This document shows, piece by piece, positions 52,038-62,732 of a stretch of 64,000 nt of DNA (the first letter of the stretch is position 1; every line of letters begins with the position of its first letter). Where the stretch lies: NCBI GenBank assembly GCA_963727775.1, contig CAVSHB010000003.1:512001-576000 (forward strand), given 5' to 3'. This DNA is from an uncultured Nitrospiraceae bacterium. GTDB taxonomy: Bacteria; Nitrospirota; Thermodesulfovibrionia; Thermodesulfovibrionales; SM23-35. The position numbers and the translations under genes were made by a program. Under the pieces are notes generated by a model. The model was not told where the DNA came from and did not search any database. It saw nothing but the letters and a program-made list of their open reading frames with translations.

Positions 52038-52910
52038 TCATAGCTTGAGACGCTCATGCTCCGCCAACAAATATCCTATGTAGCTTCGAATGAGGTTGCA
52101 GAAAAGGCGAGCTTCACTCGGTCCAATCGGAATTCCTTCGTTCAGATCTATCCCGTGTCGAATGCCTCCACCAGTTGGGGAGGATAGGAATCCATGCAAA
52201 CTCGTTACCCACTCAATAACGCGCTCCAAGGTGGAGCCTTTTGCCACTCGCTTCAGGTCTCTCACGATGTCGTTGAAATACTTGCCCCCTACTGCTTCAC
52301 CATCCAGCTCGATGCCACGGAAAGCGGTCGTCAATGATTCGAGCACCCAAAGGGATTCCTGAACGGCTTCACGATGGCGGCCCTCTGTCAGTAACCGCTC
52401 TGAACGCTCAAGGGACTGCTGAAAGATTTCGAGAGCCTGCTCGGCTATAGTCGGAGGCCGCTCAACGACTGGCACCGGTGTAGTTGTAATAGCTGAAGTC
52501 GACTCACGAAGCAGCAGCACTGGTGGATTCAACTCGTAGCCTATCTCGTGCTTCCGACAAACGCTGTTGATCATTGCGACATCCGGAGCAAAGAGGTCTC
52601 TCTGTCGGAGTTCTTCGCAAGCATCGTAGAAGGCCTCAAGAAAGAGAGGTGCATTCTCTGCTGCCTGTGACATCGCGGACGACAGATCACTCTCTGCCCA
52701 GCCTTCGCTTGAGCTTCTAAAGTGGGTCTGGCCCGCCGATCTGGAGAAGGCCCCTTTGAAATGCTCAAGCATATACCAACGATTCCCTTGGGTCGTGACC
52801 TTCCGAATAAGTGAATCGAAGTCCCGGATGGCCTCGGGAGGAATTGCCTTATTCTTGTATCTGCCGTTCGGTGGTGGTTCGAATCGCCATGAAGGATCAA
52901 ATTTCAACAT
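52038..52910 (-). CDS. AbiJ-like protein with C-terminal HEPN-like domain
   Basis: EAV.ES...LES helix and GGIRHG motif. Confidence 0.55.
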   Translation of the reverse strand: MLKFDPSWRFEPPPNGRYKNKAIPPEAIRDFDSLIRKVTTQGNRWYMLEHFKGAFSRSAGQTHFRSSSEGWAESDLSSAMSQAAENAPLFLEAFYDACEELRQRDLFAPDVAMINSVCRKHEIGYELNPPVLLLRESTSAITTTPVPVVERPPTIAEQALEIFQQSLERSERLLTEGRHREAVQESLWVLESLTTAFRGIELDGEAVGGKYFNDIVRDLKRVAKGSTLERVIEWVTSLHGFLSSPTGGGIRHGIDLNEGIPIGPSEARLFCNLIRSYIGYLLAEHERLKL

Positions 52911-52940
52911 AAGCTATCTCCAACATTATAGTCCACAGTC

Positions 52941-53027
52941 GGCGAACGATTGGCATCAGTGGCGCCAGCACTCCACCAGCAAAACAGAACCACGCTGATC
53001 GGCGTCCCATGCATACCGAAGTTAGAA
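52941..53027 (-). other. integron attC recombination site
   Basis: Minus strand TTCTAAC...imperfect hairpin...GTTCGCC just after the stop of 53038-53643. Confidence 0.75.
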
Positions 53028-53037
53028 CGCAACTCTC

Positions 53038-53643
53038 TCATTTCGAGGAATCTTGACTGTAATTCTTCATTTCTTCCAGCAGTTCGGACGCGATATCTGT
53101 TCGCCCCGCGATGAAGGCCACCTCTGCTGTTGATAGGAGCCCAATCGCGCCAGCAAAGGTAATGGTCTCGCCGATCTCCTCAGCCGTGTAGTTCGGGGTA
53201 ATGGAATCAACTGTAATGCGCCGGATGATTTGTAGCGCTCCACCATGAGTGAAATCATTCATCGCAGACCACGAGTTCTTTTTGACCTGAGCGAGCACGC
53301 CAATGTTGTACCCTTCGTGACCCTCAATATCTTCTACCAGTTCGGCAAAGGTCTTATCAATCTTGCCCTTCTGAAATTCTTTCAGTTCCGACTCGGACGC
53401 GCACTTCCCTAACCAAATTCCCCGGACATAGATCTCGAAGAGAGGACGGACGAGAGCCATCGCTGACCCGAACAGATTGCGGCGAATCAAGTGAACGATG
53501 GCCTCATGATGCTCAAGAGCCTGATGAAAGCAAGCTGCAGAGATCCGATTTCGGTCAGTAGCGGAGATATCGAGACCCTCAATTCTTTGAGCAAGCCGGG
53601 GAACCAAGGCTTCTGCCGATTTGAGCGATGCTTCACTAATCAT
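53038..53643 (-). CDS. DUF5677/DUF6988-like helical protein in an integron cassette
   Basis: SA.AL.RP.FE..VR..W, W..M.DFTHGG. Confidence 0.6.
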   Translation of the reverse strand: MISEASLKSAEALVPRLAQRIEGLDISATDRNRISAACFHQALEHHEAIVHLIRRNLFGSAMALVRPLFEIYVRGIWLGKCASESELKEFQKGKIDKTFAELVEDIEGHEGYNIGVLAQVKKNSWSAMNDFTHGGALQIIRRITVDSITPNYTAEEIGETITFAGAIGLLSTAEVAFIAGRTDIASELLEEMKNYSQDSSK

Positions 53644-53811
53644 TGCGTTCTAACAAGTAATTATTTTTCTGTTCGAACCTATCCCCGTTCATTGTGCCAC
53701 TATGACTTAGGAAAGGCCAGCTTGTTTTCTTGTTTCAGTTTAAACTCATTTTGGCGTCAGATTTTCAAGAGAACTGTGTGATCTCTCTTGTTTCCTATGG
53801 GTTATCCAATC

Positions 53812-55053
53812 TCAGTCACCTTGTGCACTTGTTTTGTCATCTATCTCGACTACGTGAAAGTGCTTTTTGATCTTTTCAATAAGTACTTCGTCAACTCCTT
53901 CCGTTTTGTCTAGCCCGTAGATGTTACTAGAACGCCAGAAGTGGTCCTGGATTTTATGAGCAGTGCTCTGATTCACGCCTAAGATTTCTAGAAATACGTC
54001 GGAGTCACAACCAACAGGGTCGATCCGCTCGAGTAAGTCTTTACCTTGAAACACATTTTGCAGATTTCTTATCGTTGTAACAGAAAGGTCTAGCCCCGTA
54101 GGCCCAGTAAGAACAGAAAGAGGTTCTAATCTCTTCTCTATACGACCAAGCATATTAACTACATTATTTAGCATATCTCTAAGTTGATCCCCCTGTTCAA
54201 CAGTGTCACTCTTCATTGGCCAAGTTCCCAAGAATTCGCGAAAATCAATGTGGAAGGTATCGCTCAACAAAGTTCCTAATAACGAGTGTTTATAGCTCAC
54301 CCTTACATCAAACGTGGTTACCGCGGAGGAATTATTAAAAAGATCCGGTCCTGAGCCGTAGAAAATGTGAAACACTTTGCTAGGTCCGAAGCACTTGATC
54401 CCTTGACTTATAACTGCAGGAGGAGCCTCTTTTCTCCAAGTCAACTCCGGAGTGAACTCGAATTTAACATCCTCCGCGGAGACCGTGCTTATGTTCTCTA
54501 TAACAAGAAAGAGCAAAGTGTGATGTTTAATCGTACAGTCAACGTTTAACAGCGGATTTACTGTTTGAGTTCGAGCTTGGATATCAGAAATCTCATAGTC
54601 TTCCATTGGATGAGATGCAAAGTTAAACCGCTTGTAGTAGCGTTTGGAATGGCGATCCTGATGAGGTCCTCTAAAGCTCTTAGGAATATATATGGCATAT
54701 GCAGACCTGCCCACATTTAATGGGATTTGAACTATTTGTACCCCTTCTATCTTAGGAGCTATATTGCCATGCAAAATACTTTCGATCCACTCGCGCGTTA
54801 TGTCCATGTCAGCGACGCCCTGATCAACTGTTAAAGGTAGATGGCCTTGTTCTGCAATGCCATAAATTATAGTGCCGCCGTCAGAGTTCGCAAAAGCAGA
54901 AACATCTTTTGAAAGCTCACTCATAGCACGGGAATTCCTAGATAAGGCATCACTTTGCTTGTAATCTAAATTGAGGTTTTCTTGAACTTGGTTAGTTATT
55001 AAGTTTTCAAGGTCGGATCTATATCTTGGCAATATGTTGCTCATCGTGGTCAA
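53812..55053 (-). CDS. Schlafen/AlbA_2 domain protein
   Basis: EN..LDYK, KDVSAFANSDGG.IIYGI. Confidence 0.82.
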   Translation of the reverse strand: MTTMSNILPRYRSDLENLITNQVQENLNLDYKQSDALSRNSRAMSELSKDVSAFANSDGGTIIYGIAEQGHLPLTVDQGVADMDITREWIESILHGNIAPKIEGVQIVQIPLNVGRSAYAIYIPKSFRGPHQDRHSKRYYKRFNFASHPMEDYEISDIQARTQTVNPLLNVDCTIKHHTLLFLVIENISTVSAEDVKFEFTPELTWRKEAPPAVISQGIKCFGPSKVFHIFYGSGPDLFNNSSAVTTFDVRVSYKHSLLGTLLSDTFHIDFREFLGTWPMKSDTVEQGDQLRDMLNNVVNMLGRIEKRLEPLSVLTGPTGLDLSVTTIRNLQNVFQGKDLLERIDPVGCDSDVFLEILGVNQSTAHKIQDHFWRSSNIYGLDKTEGVDEVLIEKIKKHFHVVEIDDKTSAQGD

Positions 55054-55602
55054 AAGATTAATTAAAAAAACTATACCATAATGTCGACTCTTCTGAAAAT
55101 AGGCACCGGCTCTGACGATTAGTAATACTGAAAGAAAAAAGGCTACTCGGCGTCGGGCTGGATGCTTTTGTTGTACCCGCCTTTAATATTTTATGCTGTT
55201 TCTCTCTGATATGTGCCTCGGCCAATCACACTCTCAATCCTGTTAGCAATTCTTTTTCTAAAATCAGCCAGTTTGTCAGATTCCCAGTCAATGCAGTTAT
55301 TGCTGTGGATCGGCTTTCAATTGTAACCACATCGGTGCCCACGCGTGACTTCCCCCAACGTCTTTAACAGGTTGGGTTGCCGTAATGATTCAAGACAGTG
55401 TGGGTCAAATTGAGCGCCGATACCGGATTAAACTTCGAAGCCGATCAACACACCTGCAAGGCAACACAATCAGGACGGGATGAAAGCTGAAGGATTTCAT
55501 TACAAATAAGCAGACAACGTTTCCGTTACAAATAGAGCCCGAATGGTTTGACATATCATTTGCAACGTGTTCGCTTCAGGTGCCTCTTTTTTTAGGCTTA
55601 AA

Positions 55603-56127
55603 TCATTTTTCCAAAGTAATCTTCCAGCCATTGTCAGCGAAAAACTCCTTTAGATTCATATGGGGAACATTAAATTCCCGGCAAACAGCTGGAATCTTGC
55701 TCCCAGACCTCCCACTCTCATTGCTCACAACGGTGAGCGTGGAGTAGTCTTCTACCAAACCAGGGGACTCTCGTTTTTCGATTGCAAGAGAAATCAGCCA
55801 AGGATCAGCTTCGTCGATTTCTTTAACATGACTAATAAGGTCTGGGAACTTTGCGAGTATCTTTTCAACCAGTTGAGTCTGTCTAGCCGTGACTGGATAG
55901 AAATAGGATTTTTTATTCTTTATCCACTGAGCCAAAAAATCTGGCTTAGTCGTTTTTGGACAAAGCTCTACGAATACAAACTCGTGAGATATTATCCTGC
56001 GGGCTGTGAAAAGGTTATCAATCGCCTTCCACATTTCGTCTGGCAATAGACCGAAAGAATAAACACGATTGAGTGTAATAAACACGCTTGAGTCAATACA
56101 GTAAATATTCTGGATGTTATCAAGCAT
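55603..56127 (-). CDS. DUF4411-like PIN protein
   Basis: YCIDSS, ADPWLI..A, V.NE, KIP.VC. Confidence 0.8.
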   Translation of the reverse strand: MLDNIQNIYCIDSSVFITLNRVYSFGLLPDEMWKAIDNLFTARRIISHEFVFVELCPKTTKPDFLAQWIKNKKSYFYPVTARQTQLVEKILAKFPDLISHVKEIDEADPWLISLAIEKRESPGLVEDYSTLTVVSNESGRSGSKIPAVCREFNVPHMNLKEFFADNGWKITLEK

Positions 56128-57187
56128 ACATTAGATAATTGAGTTTTACCCCTAGAGCATCAGATGCCGTATTGTAGTCGAGCTTGTTGGCCTTTACAGC
56201 CTGTATGACTATGTCGTAGAACAATTGCCCTCGAGAAGTTCGTGCTCGTTCCACTGCTGATGCAGCGCCGCCACCTTTCTTGAGTTTTGGAAGTTTCCTA
56301 ACTTCGGCGAGAAGATCAAAAAATCGATCTCTTGATATGAAGGAGCGCTCTAGGTTTCGCCTGAGAATGACCTCTCTGCTTACTTTCAGTTTGTTGGCGT
56401 GGTAAGTGAGTTCTTCGATAGTTGTCGCCAGAGGAACAGCATCATCTGGAATCAAAAACTTTCCTGCAAAGTTATTGCAAGAAAACTCAAAAGACTGATT
56501 TGCATCTAAGTCATCAGGATAACAAATGCCTGAGCGCTCCTGAGCAATGTGGGCCAATTCGTGGAACAGCGAGAATATTCTAGCTGTATAGGGGTGTCCT
56601 GAGTTAAGAACTATACCGAATGGAAGCGTATCGGCCATACAGAAAGCTTGGACTTCTTCAAGTGGCAAACTGAATTGGAAGACGAGAATTCCAAAAATAG
56701 ATTCAATGCTGTTTCGCCATGTCTTGAATGCCTCGCTCGTATATTTAAAGGACTGTTGGTCGGAAACGGTTATAGCAAGCCGAGACCGAAGTTGCTCTGG
56801 CGAATGGGCTTCTTTTATCCAAGTGTATTTGCTTTCCCAATAATCCTTGCCCATCATGTCAGTAGATAAATCAAGATATTTGCGCGCTCTCCGTATGGCT
56901 AAAAGAGTTTCCTTAGAAAGCCCGGCGCTGGATAACCTCAAGTTCCGAAAATCGGATGGTTTTTGAGTAGCAGGGGGTGCCTTCGGTAAAAAGAACACAG
57001 CGAGTTGTCGCTTGTATTGCTTGGAAATCTCCTCCAGCTTTCCCCAAGGAATGTCATTACTGGAAGTAGTCTCCCATATTGCATACCTTTCTGGTTCTAT
57101 ATCAAGACGCCTCGAAATCTCATCAATTGTATAGCCAGCCTCTCGCCTCGCCCATTCGAGAACTTTAGGGTTAATCCTTACGTCCAA
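56120..57187 (-). CDS. XRE-HTH + ImmA/IrrE metallopeptidase
   Basis: L.WAR...G HTH; FSLFHELAH (HExxH), E..CN.FA. Confidence 0.88.
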   Translation of the reverse strand: MDVRINPKVLEWARREAGYTIDEISRRLDIEPERYAIWETTSSNDIPWGKLEEISKQYKRQLAVFFLPKAPPATQKPSDFRNLRLSSAGLSKETLLAIRRARKYLDLSTDMMGKDYWESKYTWIKEAHSPEQLRSRLAITVSDQQSFKYTSEAFKTWRNSIESIFGILVFQFSLPLEEVQAFCMADTLPFGIVLNSGHPYTARIFSLFHELAHIAQERSGICYPDDLDANQSFEFSCNNFAGKFLIPDDAVPLATTIEELTYHANKLKVSREVILRRNLERSFISRDRFFDLLAEVRKLPKLKKGGGAASAVERARTSRGQLFYDIVIQAVKANKLDYNTASDALGVKLNYLMYA

Positions 57188-57311
57188 TTATCTCTCCTAT
57201 TGACTACAGTTAAACTCATAAGCGCTTGCGGTCCGGTGATGTACTAACCCAAGTTCGTCTATCCCTCCATTTTGATTAAAAAGCAGGAGTCTTAATGTTT
57301 TGGCATAATGT

Positions 57312-60272
57312 TTACTTCTGTCCACGTACAGAAGGTTCTCGACTTAACTTCATCCGGAGTACTTCAAGGGGCCCGCCAGCCATAACAATTGGCTTTGCCA
57401 ATTCCAGAACGTTTCTGGCGAACTTCTCATCGAGTTCCCGCCTCACGGCATCAGTATCGATTTCGTGCAGTGGCAAGAGTTTCTGGCTGCTCAAAGCATC
57501 GAACAACTTCACAGCTTCTGCAAGTTTCCCGGGCTCAAGCGCTGTTACGTCTAGGACAGGTAGAGATTGTAGTGCTAATTTGCCCACATTACCCCTTCCG
57601 GATTGTTGCTTATTAGCGTGCCACCAATGCAGGAGCAGACCCAGCGACGTGTTTGCCCATAGAACTAGCGCCTTTTCCTGTGCAACAGATAAAAGACGAA
57701 TTGATAACCATGCGCGACCACCGATAGTTCTGCGAGGTGTGAATTGCATGCCAGTAGACTGACTATTGAACTGAAAGTCACGGTTAAAGTGACAATGTGA
57801 AGCGGTAGCCCAGACTTTTGCCACCTTGAGGTCGACAGATATCTGCTCTTTTGGTGCTGACCCGCGGCGTGGGATGCCTTCACAATCAGCATCAAATGCC
57901 AAGTTCCGCTCACTTTTCGCATTATGAGACCAAAGCACGGGATAAGTAGATGCACTATCCGGCTTTACTGGCGCGATGTCAAACGGCCCTCTTATGTCCC
58001 CGGTCGATGTATTACCATTGATATCTGCGTGGTAGGGGCCGATCTCTCCGATTGCCTCAACCGTTGTAATAGGGATTTCAACCGCTTCCGACGCATTCAT
58101 AGTCGGCAACCAGACGCGCTTTTCATTTGCAAGTTGGTATGCGGACTGTGCCAAAGAAAGATCAGCAATTCGAGCCAGGTTCCAACCGCCAGAGGCAGGT
58201 AAGGGAGCATCCAATGCGTGGCCGATCCTCTCATCGCCAAAATGAAGTAGTGTGCCACCCACAGGCCCATCTTCAAGGCGGCGGAGATTCTTCACTTTTG
58301 TCAATCGACGGATTTGTTCCGCGATGCTTGCTCCGACTAGCGGAAATGCAGGGCGCTCATTAAGAATCGCAAACGTGGCCCGAGTGCTACCCGCGTTAGA
58401 TTTGCGACCTACGACTAGGCACTCAGCCATACCTGTATCGGCTGAAAACGACATGTCCTCGCTGCCTGCGCCTGCTATCGAGATTAGCACAAGATTGTTA
58501 TAATTCTTGGCCAGGAGCGTCCGTGAATCCTCCCAAGCTTCACCTGACATAAGACTTAGAGGCATGACAAGAGCCAACACGCCGTCCAGTTTCAGCTTAC
58601 GATCGGCGAGAACAAGAAAGACGGAAGCCTCGCCAGCGTTGCCGTGTGCACTCGTACCTTCTGTCAACCGCCGCATAGCCTTACCCATTAATTGCTGTTC
58701 CTCAGCGCTTGAACTGAAGGCAGCAAACATTGGATTAGGAATGCCAATCTTTTTCCCCTCATGCCCAGTGGCCCGAGTAAACGGCGGATTCATAATCACA
58801 AGGTCAAAGGATGCATGAGGAAGTGAACGCCAAGTTTCCTTCTCCGCCTCACCCATGCCATGGGCAGCCTTGGCAGTAATGGCAACAATATCGAGTTGCC
58901 CCTGCGGATCCAATAAGTCCAATGAGCCGAGAGCCATACCACCGTCCGGTTGCTTGCCGTAAGCTATGGTCAATATAGAGCTCTGCTCATACTTTACGGT
59001 TGGATGCGCACCTGCCAGCATCGATGCAGTCAGGTGTGCTGCTGCTGGCAATACATCGCAACCAATCAAGGCGTTAGCCATCATCTGAGGGTGAATCGCT
59101 TCAGCATCCCCACCACCAAGCTCATGCAGCTGACTCACTCGTTGGTAGGCGGTAGAAAGAAGAGTTCCTGTGCCACATGCAAAGTCCGCAATGCGAAGAG
59201 CCTTAACTTTCTCCGAACTTGACCACGACCCGCCCCCTGGCGGCACATCCGAGTTAATCGCTAATCCAGCCAGTAGAGCAGCTGATGCCGGAGTTGTATA
59301 GTAGGCCGCAAGGAACTTTCGATCAGCAATCAGTCGCTGGAAAACAGCACCGGTCAAATCATGAGACCGCATCAACCGATTCTGTAAAAGCTTATCAGCA
59401 GTTGCACATAGCCCCTCGATAAGCGGCTTACTCTCTGCTGTTGGAATCGCTTCGAGTATTCGACGCGCAATGTCAAATATGGGCCAATAGTTAACTTCAA
59501 GTATCTTTCTCCATTCGGCGAGGATGGTCGACTTACGAAGGCCACCACTTGAGCCTCGCAGTTGTTCGATCGAATTAACGCTTGAGAGTTCGCCTGGCCC
59601 ACCCGCTAGGCTCTCTTGGAACACGAATGCGTCAGCTAGGATGGTTGCAGCCATCCTACGTGTCTGGTCGCTGTCTTCTTGACGCAACTCTTCACTTATT
59701 TTGTGAATCGCACCCGGATGAGCCTTGGCCATTTCTTCTATCAAGCCTGCCGCCTCGCTAACACCGCTTACTAGTTGATTGGCAGCTTCGTCAACGATCT
59801 CGGGTGGAACTGACGCTGACTGTATAAGAATCGACAGGTCGGCGACGCTTCCAGAAATCCAACCAGAACGTGGCCAGCGAGAATAATCAGATAGCTTGCT
59901 GCCAGTATAGACTGCCATTTTTATATCATTAGCTTTTGCCAGTTCACGATGCAAGAAAGTCCCCTGCTTTGTTCGCAGCCTCACTGGCAAACAAACGGCT
60001 ATAGACGATAAGATAGTCCTTCCCGTATCACGCAACTGTAAACCAAGACGCGACACCGCATCGGATTCGACGGTAGTTGCTGGTAAAACTTCAGTTTCGA
60101 TGACGACAGGGGAAACATTTGGTTCCGTGACTAGGATATCGGGCTGACCATGACTGCCCTTCAACATGCTTGTATTTTCTGAGCTGACAGTATTAGAATC
60201 CCGCCAAGCGCGGCGTGTTTGTCTTAGAACCCCAGCTATAGTATCATTGATTGTATGTTCAGTCGTCGCCAT
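57312..60272 (-). CDS. fused restriction-modification enzyme (type IIG-like N6-adenine MTase)
   Basis: N-terminal PDIL...IETE; DFACGTGTLL; MNPPF. Confidence 0.78.
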   Translation of the reverse strand: MATTEHTINDTIAGVLRQTRRAWRDSNTVSSENTSMLKGSHGQPDILVTEPNVSPVVIETEVLPATTVESDAVSRLGLQLRDTGRTILSSIAVCLPVRLRTKQGTFLHRELAKANDIKMAVYTGSKLSDYSRWPRSGWISGSVADLSILIQSASVPPEIVDEAANQLVSGVSEAAGLIEEMAKAHPGAIHKISEELRQEDSDQTRRMAATILADAFVFQESLAGGPGELSSVNSIEQLRGSSGGLRKSTILAEWRKILEVNYWPIFDIARRILEAIPTAESKPLIEGLCATADKLLQNRLMRSHDLTGAVFQRLIADRKFLAAYYTTPASAALLAGLAINSDVPPGGGSWSSSEKVKALRIADFACGTGTLLSTAYQRVSQLHELGGGDAEAIHPQMMANALIGCDVLPAAAHLTASMLAGAHPTVKYEQSSILTIAYGKQPDGGMALGSLDLLDPQGQLDIVAITAKAAHGMGEAEKETWRSLPHASFDLVIMNPPFTRATGHEGKKIGIPNPMFAAFSSSAEEQQLMGKAMRRLTEGTSAHGNAGEASVFLVLADRKLKLDGVLALVMPLSLMSGEAWEDSRTLLAKNYNNLVLISIAGAGSEDMSFSADTGMAECLVVGRKSNAGSTRATFAILNERPAFPLVGASIAEQIRRLTKVKNLRRLEDGPVGGTLLHFGDERIGHALDAPLPASGGWNLARIADLSLAQSAYQLANEKRVWLPTMNASEAVEIPITTVEAIGEIGPYHADINGNTSTGDIRGPFDIAPVKPDSASTYPVLWSHNAKSERNLAFDADCEGIPRRGSAPKEQISVDLKVAKVWATASHCHFNRDFQFNSQSTGMQFTPRRTIGGRAWLSIRLLSVAQEKALVLWANTSLGLLLHWWHANKQQSGRGNVGKLALQSLPVLDVTALEPGKLAEAVKLFDALSSQKLLPLHEIDTDAVRRELDEKFARNVLELAKPIVMAGGPLEVLRMKLSREPSVRGQK

Positions 60273-60368
60273 GGCTTTCTTTACATTGCTTTATCATACC
60301 TTAACAAGCGAGCTTTCGGTTAAGAGTGTAGTACCACTCCTTTGTTATCGATATCGAGATTAACATAA

Positions 60369-60564
60369 ATTTATTTATAAGCAAAACCACTGACAATGTC
60401 AGTGGTGGGGCGTGGGGGCGAAGGCTCCACACCTTTGGCGAACCGACGAGGTCGGTGAGCCTAATATGGAATTAATGACAACTCCTTAATCAGGCGAGGC
60501 GGAGGACATTGTCCGTAGTCTCGCCGCACTGCAAGCCACCGACAAGGTCGGTGGTAGTTGACTA
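60369..60564 (+). mobile_element. IS200/IS605-type non-autonomous element, copy 2
   Basis: Identical to 49780-49975. Confidence 0.75.
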
Positions 60565-60940
60565 GGCACATCTGCGTGTCTGTGGAGATTATAAAGAGTG
60601 GCTGAGCGTCAGTCAATAAGAAGTAGCGATTTCCGCGCACGGTCTGTCAGCCCTATTTCTTAAATGACTGTGTCCGTTGGAGGATGTTAAGAGAATAGAT
60701 CAAAAAAGCGCAACTTCTTCACTAATGATTTCAGCATGTACTCCTCACAATAATCTAGGTGCTTCGAGATTTCAAGTGAGCAAGTCATTTCTGTGACGAA
60801 CACCTTACAATCCGCACTTTTCAAAAGCTTCCCAATAGTGTAAGTTATTATCGATATCTACTATAGGAGGATGGCATGCAGATAACTCGCTCACGGGAAA
60901 GTAGGGCTCTGTTCCTGACATGTCTTAAGGTGCTGAAATA

Positions 60941-61696
60941 ATGGCGAAGGTCTTAGGAGAAACAGCACGATATGTAACGAAGCAGTCAGTCAAGAAACTG
61001 CAGAAGGTGTTCAGCTTTATTTTTCTTGTTATTTCTGGAACGGCTTTTGCCACCGGTTACTTAATAGGTGTGAAGAATACATTACTTGGAGTAATTCTGT
61101 CGGTCATGTTTGTTATTGTAGTTCCTTTTATTATAAAACGTGTCAACAGAACGATTGACGAATTGGAGACCGAGAGAATTAATTTCCGCAAAGGCGCAGT
61201 TGGTGAGGCCGTGATCGGATATATACTGGGAACCTTTCCAGACGAGTATCGTGTAATCCATGATTTGAGCACTCCCTTTGGAAATATTGATCACGTGGTT
61301 GTTGGACCCCGTGGCGCCTATGTAGTTGATACGAAGAATTGGAGAGGTGTTGTTACCGCTGACGGTAACGGAGAACTCCTGTGGAACGGGGAGCCCACAA
61401 ATAAGCATGAGGTCAAAAACCTCACTCGTACTATTATGAGCATTAAGGAAAAGATAAAAGTGCTTTGCGAAAAGGACCCTTATGTTCAGGGTGTATTTGC
61501 ATTTCCTTCCGCGCGTGTGGAAGCAAAATGGGGAACAACAGGACATGTCCATTGCATAACAGATGAGGGTCTTTACAAGTACATTGTGGAAAATAAAAAA
61601 GCTACCAAGCTAAGCGAGAAGGAAATAGATTCTGTATCAAGGGCCTTCCTTGCTTTGGCAAAAATGGACAAAGATTTTACTCGGGACAACGGTTGA
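60941..61696 (+). CDS. NERD nuclease-domain protein with two TM helices
   Basis: GA.GE, IHDL, NIDHVVVGP.G.YVVDTK. Confidence 0.85.
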   Translation: MAKVLGETARYVTKQSVKKLQKVFSFIFLVISGTAFATGYLIGVKNTLLGVILSVMFVIVVPFIIKRVNRTIDELETERINFRKGAVGEAVIGYILGTFPDEYRVIHDLSTPFGNIDHVVVGPRGAYVVDTKNWRGVVTADGNGELLWNGEPTNKHEVKNLTRTIMSIKEKIKVLCEKDPYVQGVFAFPSARVEAKWGTTGHVHCITDEGLYKYIVENKKATKLSEKEIDSVSRAFLALAKMDKDFTRDNG

Positions 61697-61834
61697 TAGA
61701 AGCCTTAACTACCTAAAGATTTTCGTTTGAACCCCTCATAAAGATAGCAACGTTCAAACCTGTCGACTTCTGTGAGTTACGAACACCCTTGAGTCGTTTC
61801 TCATTCTATTATGAATGAGCCATTGAAGCTCTTC

Positions 61835-62239
61835 TTAAAACGGTTCTAAATCAGTGGTATCACGATCGTCGAGGTCGACATTACCAGCCGCGGCGGCTGC
61901 TACCTCTCCTTCTCCCCGACGCGACGACAGGAACCTGACGGACTGCGCAACTACCTCGAACTTGCTCCTCTGCTGACCGTCTTTCTCCCACCTTCTTTCC
62001 AGAAGCCGTCCCTCTACAAGCGCCTGACTACCTTTATTAAGGTATTGACTACACGACTCCGCCTGCTTACCAAAAACAACGGCATCTATAAACAAGGTCT
62101 CCTCTTTCATCTCGTTCCCCTGCTTATACTTTGAGTTCACTGCTAGTCGCAAGGTGCAAACAGGCGTTCCCTGTGGGGTGTATCTGAGCTCCGTATCCTT
62201 TGTAAGGTTGCCAATGAGTATTACTTTGTTGAATGACAT
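61835..62239 (-). CDS. ssb: single-stranded DNA-binding protein
   Basis: NKVILIGNL..D.ELRYT, acidic tail ending PF. Confidence 0.95.
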   Translation of the reverse strand: MSFNKVILIGNLTKDTELRYTPQGTPVCTLRLAVNSKYKQGNEMKEETLFIDAVVFGKQAESCSQYLNKGSQALVEGRLLERRWEKDGQQRSKFEVVAQSVRFLSSRRGEGEVAAAAAGNVDLDDRDTTDLEPF

Positions 62240-62462
62240 CTATATACCTCCTGTTTAAGTCACTAAATAATCTCTACTCGTTTTACCTTGGTCGCAGCTA
62301 TGAGCTTATCTACCTGCATAGCCGTCAGGGCTTCGCTCAGGATCGCAAAATGACAAACATTTCCTCACAAGACTTCAGGCGCTGATTTCTGAAGAAGAGA
62401 AAGACGTATTCTAATTTCACTTGGCGTAGAGCAATACGTTTTTATGCCGAAAATAGAACGTA

Positions 62463-62732
62463 TTACCGGGTGCCTCCCGTAACCGCCTTTTCCTGCTTTA
62501 CCCGTTCATGCAGCCATACCTTGATCAGTGCTCCCCGGTCAACGCCTATCTTTCGCCTTATATCGTCTATCTCACTGACGAGAGCTTCCGACATATCGAT
62601 CGTAATACGCACCTTTTTACCATGACGGTTAATCTCCGCCTTTGACATATCTATAAGTCCATGTATATCCTCGCCGGCGTCGAACCTGCGGTCAAACTCC
62701 TCCGCGCTTTCAGCCAGTCTTTTCTTCTTCAT
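62463..62732 (-). CDS. BrnA/CopG-like antitoxin
   Basis: EEFD..FD.GEDI, RITID, IKVWL. Confidence 0.8.
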   Translation of the reverse strand: MKKKRLAESAEEFDRRFDAGEDIHGLIDMSKAEINRHGKKVRITIDMSEALVSEIDDIRRKIGVDRGALIKVWLHERVKQEKAVTGGTR

